Assembly (NCBI RefSeq): GCF_009914755.1
Contig: NC_060934.1
Strand: one strand, 5' to 3'
DNA: 64,000 nucleotides
Origin: the human T2T-CHM13v2.0 reference genome, Homo sapiens
A program made the translations under genes and the position numbers. Under the pieces are notes generated by a model. The model was given only the letters and a program-made list of their open reading frames with translations, was not told the DNA's origin and ran no database searches. Of the stretch, positions 12,774 through 24,948 are shown one piece after another. The first letter of the stretch is position 1; each line of letters begins with the position of its first letter.

Positions 12774-13822
12774 TTAGTTCCATCAGGAAACCCCTCTCCA
12801 AAAAGTGATGTCTTACTAGAGCAGAGAGAGAGATTTCCAGAATTATGAACACTATTCGTCAACAGTTACACCCCAGCCCTCCCACCACTGACTGCTAGGC
12901 CAATTCTGGATTTGTGAGATGTTCAGTCTCTTCTGATATTGTTATCCTGAGATGTTATAGTCATGAAGAAGCAACAAAAAATGCCTTTTATATGGTTGGT
13001 GGAAGGTTTAAAAACAATTTACTAATTACGGAAGCTGGAATAAAGACTCAATATGGGAATGGAAACCTTGTCCCCAAATCCTAGCCTCGCCCCTCTCCAG
13101 TTGTATGTTCCCAGGCACATCACCTAGTCCTCAAGCCTGGAGGAGGCAGTCACAGAGTTATCATGAGGATGTAAGAGGCTCCTGGACTTGATGGTACCAC
13201 CAGTACCATGGTTTCCACCTCACAGTAGGTTCTGTAATGAGTGTTGGCTGCATCTGAATCCCACCAGTTTAACTCATTAAGTCTGAGTTGAGCATCTATG
13301 TGGAGGAAAGGGTATAGAGGAAGGAAGAGTAGAGTCTTTATACAAACGGACTAAACTCTGCTTTGCAGAAGAGATAAATATTCAACAAAAGAACACCAAA
13401 AGAAAATGAATTGATTGACTCTAAGTGAGTCTCAAATGCACTCGTGTTTCCAGAGAGATAGGAGTTGGAGGCCAAGGGTTCTTCACCCTTCCACAGAGGA
13501 GAGCATGAGGGGAATTACTGGCAGACATGATTCATCGTAATTATAGACTATTCTTTTCCATTTAAAAAGTCACTGCTTTAAACATGGCTCTCAGCAATTA
13601 CAAATCAATTATAACCTACAATCAGATCTTCCATTTTTAAAGTCTGTGTAGTCTCTAAACACAGACATACATCATCCTTTTTTTTTGTTTGTTTGAGGTC
13701 AGGAGTTCAGTAAGATTATTCAACCAGGGAGTCTAAATGAAACTAACGGGAACTAATTATCAATCAGCCCTTCTGATAGCAAACTGATGTCCTCATAAGG
13801 GATTGTTTGTTATTTCTTCCAG

Positions 13823-13913
13823 GCAATTTCTTTCCTCACACCCCTGGCTGTTATTTGTGTGGTGAAAATTATCCGGCGAACAGACAAGACTGAAATTAAG
13901 GAAGCCTTCTTAG
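13823..13913 (+). CDS. PLPP4: PLPP4 internal coding exon (likely exon 3), 91 bp, phase 0 to 1
   Basis: tatttcttccag acceptor and gtagag donor at 13914. Encodes AISFLTPLAVICVVKIIRRTDKTEIKEAFL (transmembrane helix plus loop), in frame with the previous exon. Too short to appear in the ORF track. Confidence 0.95.
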
Positions 13914-16900
13914 GTAGAGTATTCACAGTTCCTGCTTTAGGGAATGGGGCTGACCTTAATTAGATGATCACATTTAAGAAATCTCAGTTACACCCAACTG
14001 ATTTTTTTCTTTTGGTCAAATTAAGCTGGGGAGGAACAAGATAAGATAAAGATAAACTTTAAGCCCAAAGAAGAGCCAACGTGCGGTCCTAAATGAAGGA
14101 TGTTCAGACACCGCCCACTGTCGCTGTCCGTTGTGCTGAATGCTCGTAACACCCTGTACACACCAGAGAGCTGTGCTGCTCAGGCGCAGACTCCGGGTAG
14201 CTCTTGGCAGTAAGGCAAAGTAAATCTAAAACTTTGTTGCCTCTGACTGTCCACTCTCACATTTTTGGCTAATAGACCCACATTATGGGCAATTCAGCAA
14301 TCAACCACAGACTCCTCGACCAAACACTGTTGGCTAGAAGCAATAATAGGCAAATGCGGGAGTAAAATAAAATAGATATTACAAACAAGCTCTATAACTC
14401 ATCTTAAGTTTGAAGATATTTTGGTAGTTAAGTGTTCATTATTATGTGAAGAGTGCTATGATCTTTGTCATTGATTATAACATCATTGTTATAAAGTCTT
14501 CCCAAGACGAGCCATGTCTGCATGGGACAAGAGTTTGACATTTCAGGATTAAATGCGTTTTTCTGGTCTTCATGATAATCAAATCCTGAGTAAATGACAG
14601 CATTAAGAGATAGCCAAAACGACTTGGCTTGTTTAGCAAACAAAATAAACTAACCTGTAGCCAGGTTTTCAGCTTTTTGACCGTGAGAAAAACCAAATCA
14701 GGTTGATTTTTTCTTTTTTTGACACGTCACCTAAAAGTTACCCAAATCCTCAGCCCAAATTTTGTTTTTGGTGTGTTATATGGACTTACCATTCAATGGG
14801 CTAGTAAGTCTGGAAAATGAGAGCCTTCACTTAAGGGTATGTTTGTTTGTTAATTATTGGGCTTTGGGGAAATGAAAATGTAGCAAAATATGATCCTCCC
14901 TTTTCCATGGTAAGGGAGTGAGTGTGAGAGCTGCATCTAGGGAGTGTGGGACAAGCAGCAGCTCCTGCCCTAAAGCAGCACAGAGAACGCTTCCTATATA
15001 ACCAGGCTCCTGTTAGGCCTTATCTACTTGAAACGAACAGAATCCCTCTCAAATTAGCTCAAATAAATTAGGGGTTTAATTACAGGGCTCTGATAAGCAA
15101 TCTCACAGACATCCAAGAAAAAGGGGGAAAGGTTCAGAGGCACCTCACAGGGACTGGAATGGGGAGCTGGGCCATCAGGAGGGGAGACCTCCCTCTTGGC
15201 TCATGACCACTGCAATGTGCCTTGCCTCTTCTCCTCACACTCCCAGCCTGATTCTTCTGCCTCAACTTTGTTTCTGCTGCCCCATGTCTGGTTTATGTGA
15301 GGCTTGGGCTTGCAGTGGTGGTGATTTCTGCCACAAATCTGTCTGCCTGTTCAACTTCGGTGCCCACCCACCAAGCTTCACTGTGTTTCTTGGTCCAGAC
15401 TTCCTAGACAGAGTCTCTGGCTCAGCTCATTTCTCCAGCCTGGACACAAAAGCCATGAGTCCCTGGCCAGCCTGTCGATGCCCTCCCTCAGGTCAGGTGT
15501 GTACCGCAGGCTGCCCTTGTGTGGCTTGGACTTTTGGTCACAGGTTTCAGTCTCCTCAGCTGAGGTGGAAAAAGGTCACATTCTCCAAGGATTCAGGTAG
15601 GTGTGCCTCCACACATGGCTTGAGTGGCCGGGCAGTGTTTGGATGGATATCACCATAGTCTCCAAAAAGTGCTGTTGGGAGCCCCCTCAGTTCATTTGGA
15701 AATCCCTTTAGTTCATTCTTTATTCTAGTGGCTCCCCTGGCATGGAGTCTCAAGATAAGTGACTGTGGGTGAGAACTGTCTTTCATGGTTATGGTTCTCA
15801 CTGACGGCTGGCTTTTGGAGTGGGGCTGCTGTCACAGCAGTAAGTAGCTCACAGTTGCCTTCTCCAGACTTTTCATTCTCAGCTAAATCTCCCTTAGGGT
15901 GACATTTCAAAATTGAACATCATACTCTGTCTCCTATACGTTAACAGAGAAGGTGGAATTATTGGATGTTCTGTTTGCCTAAATAAATGAGAGCCTGCCA
16001 TATAAAAATGATGAACAGCCTCCCATTGTGTGTAGAGGTTTTTTTTTCAATCACTATTTTTAGGAAGCCTCGGAAGTAGCGGGTGGGAGTGGGTGATCCT
16101 TAAAAGCCAAGGACAGAAAACAGGGTGTAGATTTTCCAGTGTTGTCTGGAATTCAGGACTCTATCGACCAGGAGGTTTAGTTCTTAGCATGCTTCTTTAC
16201 TCAGATGTCTTCAGCAGACTTTAACCCAGGCTTCCAAACCTGGATCCCAAGTGCTGCCCTCATCTCCAGGTAAACAGTGGCCATGTTTGTGCATCTGGCA
16301 TTGGATGAGAGGAGTGAGGTTTGCCCCATGCAACATTGGGCTTTTAGGAATTCAGGCTGCAGAACAGTCAGGTCTGTATAATAGAGAACCCTCTTATAAA
16401 AGCACGATAGTGCTGAATTTCCTACAACAACAAAAGTAACAACAAAAGCCCTCTAATCTCCTGGAATGCTTATAACCAGTAGCGTCCTGAGTACAGGCTG
16501 CTTACAAGCCGACTCACGGGACATGTTGCTTTGAGATTTTTTATCAGACACAGTATGGTTTGTCTTTTTGACTCTTCTCTGAAACCCACAGTGCTGTGGG
16601 ATGCTGTAAAAAGAGAACAGCCCTTATGAATCAGACCCACTGGGTTATTGCTAATGAACAAGTATTCCTGATAGGGGCCATTTATTTTCCTGTTTGTCCA
16701 GCCTTTCATGGGTCTGATCCCAGCACAGCCTTCTCTGGTATCAATGAGGGGCTCCTGCATTGATCCCTGGAGGGTTGTGCTATTCCAGTAAAAATATTAA
16801 GCAGTTTGGTTTCCTTCTAGAATGCTGAAATGACCTCCATGTTAAATATCATCACCAGCTTCCTACCTTTCTGTTTCCTTCAGGTGTTTGGATTAGACAG

Positions 16901-18666
16901 GAAAGTTGCCAACTGTAGGTGGTTATATCATATCCATACATTTTCCAGCTCAGCTATTTCAGACTTTTTAAAGAACTGCTCTGTGCTGCGATAAGCCCAC
17001 CAGGCTCAGAGGCTGGGGAAGTGATCCATGTGGCTGTGTATGAAGTTCACCAAGATTTACATGGGGCGATAGGGAATTGGCTAGGGATGCTTGTTCCCAG
17101 AGAGGCCATGCTAGGACCAGGATGATAATGAGTTCACCCCCACTGGGAAAACACAGCCGTGAGCGTGGCAGGCCAGCCCTAACAGAGAAAAGACCACAGT
17201 AATTTTGCGGCAATCTCACAACCTGTTAATTATCAGGGTTTGTGGAGAGAATATGGCAAAGATATCCCAGAGAATTTGCTCTCGCCTTTTGGAAACAGGC
17301 CTCTCCACAGTGCTCTGAGCTTGCCAGAGAGAAGGGAAGCTGGCATTTGAGGAAGGAAGGATCTGTGTGTTCAGAATGCAATCAGTGGATCTTTCCAAGT
17401 TCCCTCATATTCAGTTCCAATTTCTGCACCCCCATTGCATGCTCAGTGTTTTAATGGCAGTGCTGTGCGGCTGATTCACACTCTGCCCTCCAAGTCTGTG
17501 GCCTGTCCCTCCTTTCTGCCACACTCAGATATGGCCAGTTGCCCCCATCTCACACTTAGGTGATTTGTTTCCCTTTGACAAAGATGTTCATTTGAATGTG
17601 TCCCTCCCATTCTCTCTGCTTCGGATAACTTGTTAAAAGCAGGTGGGTTGTGTTCCCATCTCTGTGGCTTGTACTCTTAGTGACCATGTTGGCCATTCCA
17701 CAGTACTTTCTGCTCATAGAACAACACGTTTGTCTCTCTCGATGGGCCATGAATTGCCCTAGGCAGCTCCTTCCCGAAAATGCCCCCATTCACTGCTATA
17801 TTCTTATATAAATCTCAGCTAGTATTGAACAGTTAATATTTGCCAAAGGGAAATGGTAGCTCACATGCTTTATTATTCAACAAAGCAGTGGATGGGGCAT
17901 CAATAGGTTTGTACTGCTTCTGTGAGGCATTTGACCTTCTATCACATTGATGGTGATGACTCTGCCTTTTACGCACTCTCGATAAACCACAGGAGAGAGG
18001 TACAACATTTTGCAGTGAAAGCTCTGTGACTCATGTTACCTGCCGCCTTCGGGACAATCTGTGCTGCATCTGGCAAAGTCTTCCCAGACTGTTTGGAGAA
18101 AGTCCCTGTGCTCTGTATGGTCAAATAATGTATCCCAGAAGTTCTTGCTGTTTTAGATGGCAAAAAGCACCGCCCGGGCAGACCTTCTCCAAACCCAGTG
18201 AGGCTTTTGGACTCTGCACCTTGGCAGAAACAGTGATTTGTTTGATAACAAATGGACAGCTGTCGGCCGGTGATGGGTCAATAATGAGATAATTGCCGAG
18301 TGGGAATGTCCTTTTCTGCAGTAGGATTCCAGCAGCTGCTCTGATTAGAATTATGTCTGAGAAGGTTGCCAGGAGGAAATAAAAAAAGTTATGTTTCTTG
18401 CTACCAGTAAAAGAAATTCTACATGCTGTGGTATTAAATCTGTTCATATCAGGCCAGAAAATGATAGATAAGCTCCTCTGTGATTGTGAAAATTTCAGTC
18501 AAGGAGGAGAGATAAATTTCATGTCACAGGGGCCTAGAATTTTATGAGTCACTCTCCAAAGTCCTGGCATAATTATATTTTGCTCTCTAGCAACCCAAAC
18601 GTATCTCTGTTTTCAAAGTATTCGTTCATATTTCTCTGGTCATTAAATAGTATTATAATGTAACAG

Positions 18667-18694
18667 TGATGATGATGATAATGATGATGATGAT
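18667..18694. repeat. (TGA)n imperfect microsatellite ~55 nt upstream of the exon 4 acceptor
   Basis: tgatgatgatgataatgatgatgatgat. Confidence 0.85.
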
Positions 18695-18747
18695 TTTGAT
18701 TTAAGAGCCAGCTTGCTATTTTTCTGTCTGTTGGTTTTGTTTTGTAG

Positions 18748-18811
18748 CGGTGTCCTTGGCTCTTGCTTTGAATGGAGTCTGCACAAACACTATTAAATTA
18801 ATAGTGGGAAG
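18748..18811 (+). CDS. PLPP4: PLPP4 internal coding exon (likely exon 4), 64 bp, phase 1 to 2
   Basis: ttttgttttgtag acceptor and gtaagt donor at 18812. Encodes (A)VSLALALNGVCTNTIKLIVG(R), including the K of the PAP2 C1 motif KxxxxxxRP. Confidence 0.95.
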
Positions 18812-20885
18812 GTAAGTTCCAAGAAGAATGAAATGGTGACTTAGACTATCAAGGTCATCTATATAGGAAGCTGGGCCAGAGGACACTGGATGGGACAGAT
18901 TTGAGCTCATCTAGTTCTCCCTTAAATTGTTGTCCTTCTGAGATTTCCATCCTTAGCACAGATCTTTCCTTTGAATTACAAACTCACTATTTTAGAAAGC
19001 AGATCACTAGCAAGGAAGTGCCCACTGACTGCACTTTCTTGTGGGACAAAGCTTACTGCTGGCATTTTCAGATTCTTCCCCTGCCAGCCCAGGGCCTCCC
19101 CTGACACCCACTCACTTGTCAGTTTTGGCCTCTAATAAGTAGGATTACTTACCTGTCATTCTCTTCAGGATGAGACATATGGATTGGCATTTGAGCCTTG
19201 GCTTATGGCACATTTCTCTTAATGCCCCTGAGAAATGATTTCTGTTTTCCATTTATCTTTCCTTCTCTTCTGACTGCTCTGGTGAAGAGCTGGTCTCTAC
19301 AGACATGAGCAGTCAAAACATCTGAATTCAAGACCTAACTAACTCTAGCTGGCTGTTGGCCTGGGACACACTAGATCCCCTCTCAGAACGTTAGGATTTA
19401 TTTTATCTACTGGATGCAGGCCAGGGACTGAGGGGGCAGGAGATAGATAAAAATCAGGCAGTACATGGCCTGTTGCTGCTGTGTTCCCTTAACTTTGTGT
19501 GCCCTGACCAGTGCTTACTCTCAGGCCTCGCCCCTCTGAGGTTCTGGTGCATTAGGTGGACATCCATACTTGGAGAAACAGTGGCTGAGTACCAGAGAGA
19601 CAGTACCCCAGCTGTTCTGGTAGACTGCTTAGGCCCTACTGGAGTTGCAGAGCTGAAGGACCAGTGACCAGGACTGTGACCTGGAGTGCTCAGAAAGCAA
19701 GCGCTATGTTTCCAACATTAGCTAAACTTCACCCGTGGTAGGTGCTCAGCGAATATTAGTTGAGTATGAATGTGAGGTGATAGGCCATCACCCACCTGTG
19801 TGAGGACCCTCATTCAAGTGAGGCAGTAAAGCATGGGGTGAAATGTGTCAGCATGAAGATCCAGGCGCTGGTGTTCAAAGCTTGTCCTTGCCACTTACGG
19901 GATGTGTGTGACCTTGAGCAATGAAGAGCCTTCATTTTTGCACCTGTAAAATACAGACAGCTCCAGGCTCTGCCTCAGGGTTCTCCTAAGGATTATATGG
20001 CACAGCAGGTGTGTGGAGCTTAGCACTGTGTCTGAAGCCTAGTAAGCACTCAGGACTTCCTGCAGCTGTGATTGCTGCAGGAGGCTCGACTTCAGGCCCA
20101 GGGCCACCCCTATGTGCCTCTAGAGATCTCTTTCCCATGTCCTAGACCAGAGAGGCCAACCTGGGGCACTGTGTCTTCTGCATCATGGAGCTGAGTGTTC
20201 AAGGTCTCTCAGTGAGGCCAGGTGAGGCCTGCCATTTCAGGAAGGGCAAGTGGCCACCCAAATTCAGGATATACGGACACGAGGAGCCTGGAGTCTTGGA
20301 TCCCAGAGGCAACCTCTGAAATAGATCAAGCGGTAGAGTGGTAGATTAATAGGATTACTTATTTATCGTTCTCTTCAGGCTGAGACCTATGGATTGGCAT
20401 TTGAGCAATGCATGCCAATATCCAACAATAGAGCGGTAGATCAAGACAGGAAGTAACTTCTAGTCCACAGATGGCATGAAGCCTTCCTTTTCACACCTGT
20501 CAAACAAGGAACTTGGGCCAGAGGACACTGCTTAGGTGCCTCCTGTAAGTCATGTCACTCTATCCACAGGACCTCAGCTTTGGGTCAGTATTGATTTCCC
20601 CCTTCTACAGATGTGGAAACTGAAGCTGGGGGAGACCAAGTGACCTTCCCAAGGTCATAAAGTGAGTAAGTGGTACATGGGAGCGCCAACTCAGATTTCT
20701 CTGACACCAAAACCTGAGCTTTTTCCCAAACGGCTGTGTCTAGAGTATTCTGTGAGGAGCTCCAGTGTTGACAGCCAAGGGGGCTGAGGAAAGAGCTGGG
20801 GGCAGTGGGGAGTTGGGGGGGTCAGCTTGGGGTCATTTGTGATGGCAGCATTTTATATTGAAAATGTCCATGGTGTCTTTTGTAG

Positions 20886-21010
20886 ACCTCGCCCCGATTT
20901 CTTTTACCGCTGCTTTCCAGATGGAGTGATGAACTCGGAAATGCATTGCACAGGTGACCCCGATCTGGTGTCCGAGGGCCGCAAAAGCTTCCCCAGCATC
21001 CATTCCTCCT
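20886..21010 (+). CDS. PLPP4: PLPP4 internal coding exon (likely exon 5), 125 bp, phase 2 to 1
   Basis: tcttttgtag acceptor and gtaagt donor at 21011. Encodes (R)[41 protein letters not shown], completing the C1 motif and carrying the C2 motif (here PSIH). CpG-retaining relative to its flanks. Confidence 0.96.
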
Positions 21011-21372
21011 GTAAGTTCATGGCTGGGATTCTCTTAATGCCCCCAGTCATGTTTCCTGCTCACTGTCTTTGGGAATTTAGGTGCAGAGAAAAGCACTGGT
21101 ACAGGAATGTTAAGCGCAGTTCATTTTTCTTCACTTTACGGCGTTTGACTTAGAAACAAGATTATTCAACAGGAAGTAATATGCCCAGGATGAGGCTCTG
21201 GAGCTTATAAAACATTGCATGTGTTGCTTTCATGAGCTTGGCAGAGCATAACATGTGATACTTTACCCCTGCACAGTACGATTTAGGACAAGGGAATTCT
21301 CTACGCTCCCTGGGAGCCTCCATTGTTTAGGTCATTGTTCTCTCTAGTTTATTTCTTCAATTCAGGTGTTGC

Positions 21373-21451
21373 GTGTGTGTGTACACAAATATATAGCACA
21401 TATGTATACATATATACATATACATACATATGTTACATGTATATACATATA
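21373..21451. repeat. TA/CA-rich low-complexity repeat
   Basis: gtgtgtgtgtacacaaatatatagcacatatgtatacatatatacatatacatacata... Confidence 0.8.
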
Positions 21452-22529
21452 CTTTCCCCCATGCCTCCAGTTTATAGTCTGACTATAGATGTGTGAACAC
21501 CTTAAAACAAAGACTTAATACTGTGAATCAGAAGCCGTGCAATGTAGCTGAAAAGGAGACAGGTCTCTGAAGTCTAACAAACCCTGGCTCTGCCAGGTAT
21601 TAGCTCTGTGACTTCACCTCCCTGTGCCTCAGTTCCTGCTGTGTAACATGGGAATAAGAATGCCTCCATTATTGGTTGGAATGAGGATTAAAATAAGTGG
21701 TGATGATCGCTCACATTTCTGGAGCAGCAGCTATGCCAAAATGGCAACATAAATTATCTTATTTCATCCATGCAGTATATGTAAAGCGCTTAGTATTGTG
21801 ACTTTCAATAAACAGTAGTTATCTACATGATTATTGATTATCAGAGCTGAAGTTTCCTGAGTATTCTGGCTTGTGCCATCATCCATTCATCAGTTCATAT
21901 TGCATGGGGGGTGCAAAGATAAATAAGATGCAGCTTGTGTCCTGGGGAGTGCCCAGGTAGTGACAGATGGTGTATTTAAGTTGATGATTCCTGGGATAAT
22001 TGGAGAACTATGGTCACAGGTGACCATCTTGAATAGGACAGGCTCTTCTCATGATGCCAAGTCCTTAATTCTCCCACGAGTCTGATTATTATTTACCTTT
22101 AGCAAGCCTGCTATTTTAGTTTCTTTTTTCCCTAAATACCCGAGACACATCCTACTAATGGCTGAATCAAGAAATAACTGAACGCTGTTTCCTGGGGAGT
22201 GTCTGTTGAACATGTTGCTCAGAGCCGTTGAAGAATAGGGCCTGTCAGCGAGACATTAGCTGGGGGCAGACACTCTAAATGAATCACTGTCAACTTGCAC
22301 AACAACCTACCAGGTGGGGGATTGTCCCAGTTTTACACATAAGGGCACTGAGGATCAGGCAGGCTTGGTAACTTGTCTAAGGACACCAGCTCTGACAGGA
22401 ATAGCTGTAGGTACCAGCTGGAGGAATTCCTGCTGTCTTGGGACTTTCAATGATCAAATACAACAAAACATTTACAGTCCATGTTTATTTAAGTAAATAA
22501 CGAATTTTCTTCTCTAGTTTGTTGGAAAC

Positions 22530-22928
22530 GGTGGTGAGTTGAGTAGTTGCCTCCAAACAGATACGTTTAAGTCCCAGCCCCTGGAACGTGTGAGTGTGAA
22601 CCTTATTTGGAAAAAGTGTCTTGGTTGATAATAATATGACATCGTAGACTAGAAATTTGCTAAGAGAGTAGATTTCAGGTGCTGTCATCACAAAAAAATA
22701 AAGTAACCATGTGATGAGATGGATATGGTAACTTGTTTGACTGTCGTAATCCTTTCGCTATGTGTATTTTTATTTGAAAGAATGAACACTGTTTTACATG
22801 CCAAAAAAGAAAAAGGAAAAGTAAAAGGATCTTGGCAGATGCAATTAAGTTCAGATCTGGAGATGAGATCATTCTGGATTTAGGGTGAGCCCTAAGCCCA
22901 GTGGCAGGTGTCCTTATAAAAGAAAGGA
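22530..22928 (+). mobile_element. 5' part of an MLT1 LTR interrupted by a ~200-bp L1MA 3'-end fragment (~22630-22822)
   Basis: MLT1 motifs tgtgaaccttatttggaaaaag and gagatgagatcattctggatttagggtgagccctaa. The insert has L1MA 3'UTR motifs (aaatttgctaagagagtagattt...aaccatgtgatgagatggata) followed by an A-rich tail. Confidence 0.7.
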
Positions 22929-22930
22929 TC

Positions 22931-23235
22931 GGCCAGGTGCAGTGGCTCACGCCTGTAATCCCAGCACTTTGGGAGCCCAAGGCGGGTGGATCACGAGGTC
23001 AGGAGATGAAGACCATCCTGGCCAACATGGTGAAACCCCACCTCTACTAAAAACACACACAAAAAAATTAGCTGGACTTGGTGGCGCATGCCTGTAATCC
23101 CAGCTACTCAGGAGGCTGAGGCAGGAAAACAGCTTGAACCAGGGGGTCAGAGGTTACAGTGACCTAAGATTGTGCCAGTGCACTCCAGCCTGGCAACAGA
23201 GTGAGACTCCATCTCAAGAAAAGAAAAAAAAAAAA
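22931..23235 (+). mobile_element. Full-length AluSc-like element with no recognisable TSD
   Basis: Both arms plus A-tail; Sc-type gcctggcaacagag; flanks agaaaggatc and gctcaaaatt do not match. Confidence 0.92.
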
Positions 23236-24948
23236 GCTCAAAATTCTTGTAGGCTCTAGCCATTCCTGTGACTTACGGCAGAACACCCGTTTGGAGTTGC
23301 TTCCTCTCTAAACATGTTTTTTTCCTCTATGCAGTCCCATTTTAAGTGAGCACCTGTTTTGGAGGCCTTGTAGTTACCAGCTGGAGGAATTCCTTCTGTA
23401 TTGATTTTTTGTCTCCTTGTTTCCAGGGAGTCCCATGCTGGCATTGTTTAGAGGTACCTGGAATAGTATTCACCTGGGATCAGCTCCCATCTGCTCTCCA
23501 TCTGTCTCCTGGTAGGGTCACTCAAGTTCTCTTAGATTTTTTCTCCCTTTGTTCTCTTCTCCTTTTCTTCTCTTCCTTCTTTCATTCCTCCCTTCTCCCT
23601 CCTGTCACTTTCTGTCCTCCCAAAGACTTGGTGCTGAATCTTAAGGGGCTTCAGAAATTAAAAGCACCTAAGAAGTGAAATTCTAAGGAATACCTTAATA
23701 CGGGCTTCCAGAATGGTTGGTAGGGGACTGTAGCACAATTTACTGTCTACTGTTGCATTTGAACTTGGGAACGAAATAGCTGTCATGTGAATATCTCAAG
23801 CTGTCAGACTACTGGACCTCAGAGGTTAGAAGCTGGACCCCAAAAAAGATGTTGATTTCAGATGCGCACCCTCCCCTCCAACCAGCAGGAAGCATTTTCC
23901 GACATGGCTGGCTTTCGGCTGCCTTGTCAAATGGTGGCTGACATCTGAGCTGTGCTAGACAAGCTTTTTGACAGAGGCAATTATATCCTTTGCTTATGAT
24001 GCTGCTTAAAATGTTACCCATTTTTACTACCTGGCAGACATGGAATTCTACCCAGTCTGTAGGCTTTGATGGTGGTATTTTCATTTATTTTCTCCTTTTT
24101 TTAAATGACAGGTTAGTGATTGGCTTGAAGGGAGTGCCATAACCACTTAGAAAAAACACCGATGCTGTTTTCTGGATTTCTTAGTAGCTAATAAGAAGCC
24201 TAGTAGTTGATGTGACTGCTCCTCAGAGGGGGTGACCTAAGTGGACTCCCATTTTGATATAAACACTCTTTTTTTTCCTTAAAAAATCAATTTCATAGGC
24301 TGGACTTGAGTGACTGGGTAGGGGAGTTCTGGACTGAGGGATCTCCTAAGACTAATTCTCCATGCTAGGTAGACATGGGTTTTGCTTCTGCTGTGTTTGC
24401 AGATAATTGGCGGCTGGAATGAAGTCCAGGTCCTCATATCGTCCTTAGAACAGCTGGTTTTCTTTGAACTTAAGAACAAACATTGATTTCTTTTGGAAAC
24501 AAAGGATCTTGTTCTTAATCTACCATAAGCAGCCAAACAACACTTGTCTGAAGGGCTTTTGTGTCAAACTCTCAGCAAACAGCATTTCCCCATGGCAGCG
24601 TTTTTATGGGGCTTGCTCTGTAAGGCAGCCTAAGCCACCCTTGATTGGAAAAGCAGAGACCACAATTTCAAAGAGCAAGTGATTTTCATCCAACCTAAAA
24701 GAAGCTTAGGCTTTAAAGTGGAGAAAGGCAGTGTACCTTCCCATAGTGCTTAAAGCAGGGATATTCTGAAAAGAGAATTTGTCTCTCAGAGCGTAATCCC
24801 GATTTTTTATTGAGTACTGATTCAACTTCCAGAGAGAGGATAGATATGAGAGAAAAATAGAAAAAACAAATTATTAATGCTAAGTCGAGGTATTAAGAAA
24901 CTTCTTTCCTGTGAAAATGGTGGGAATAAATAAAGCAATACTCTCATC

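Noticed and set aside
15203-15658. 151-aa Cys-rich ORF starting with ATG
   Set aside because: No recognisable domain and no supporting splice or promoter context; the length is within chance expectation for GC-richer intron, and it may overlap an ancient LTR.
20827-21153. 108-aa ORF as a standalone gene
   Set aside because: Only 20886-21010 is exonic, bounded by AG and GT; the rest is intron.
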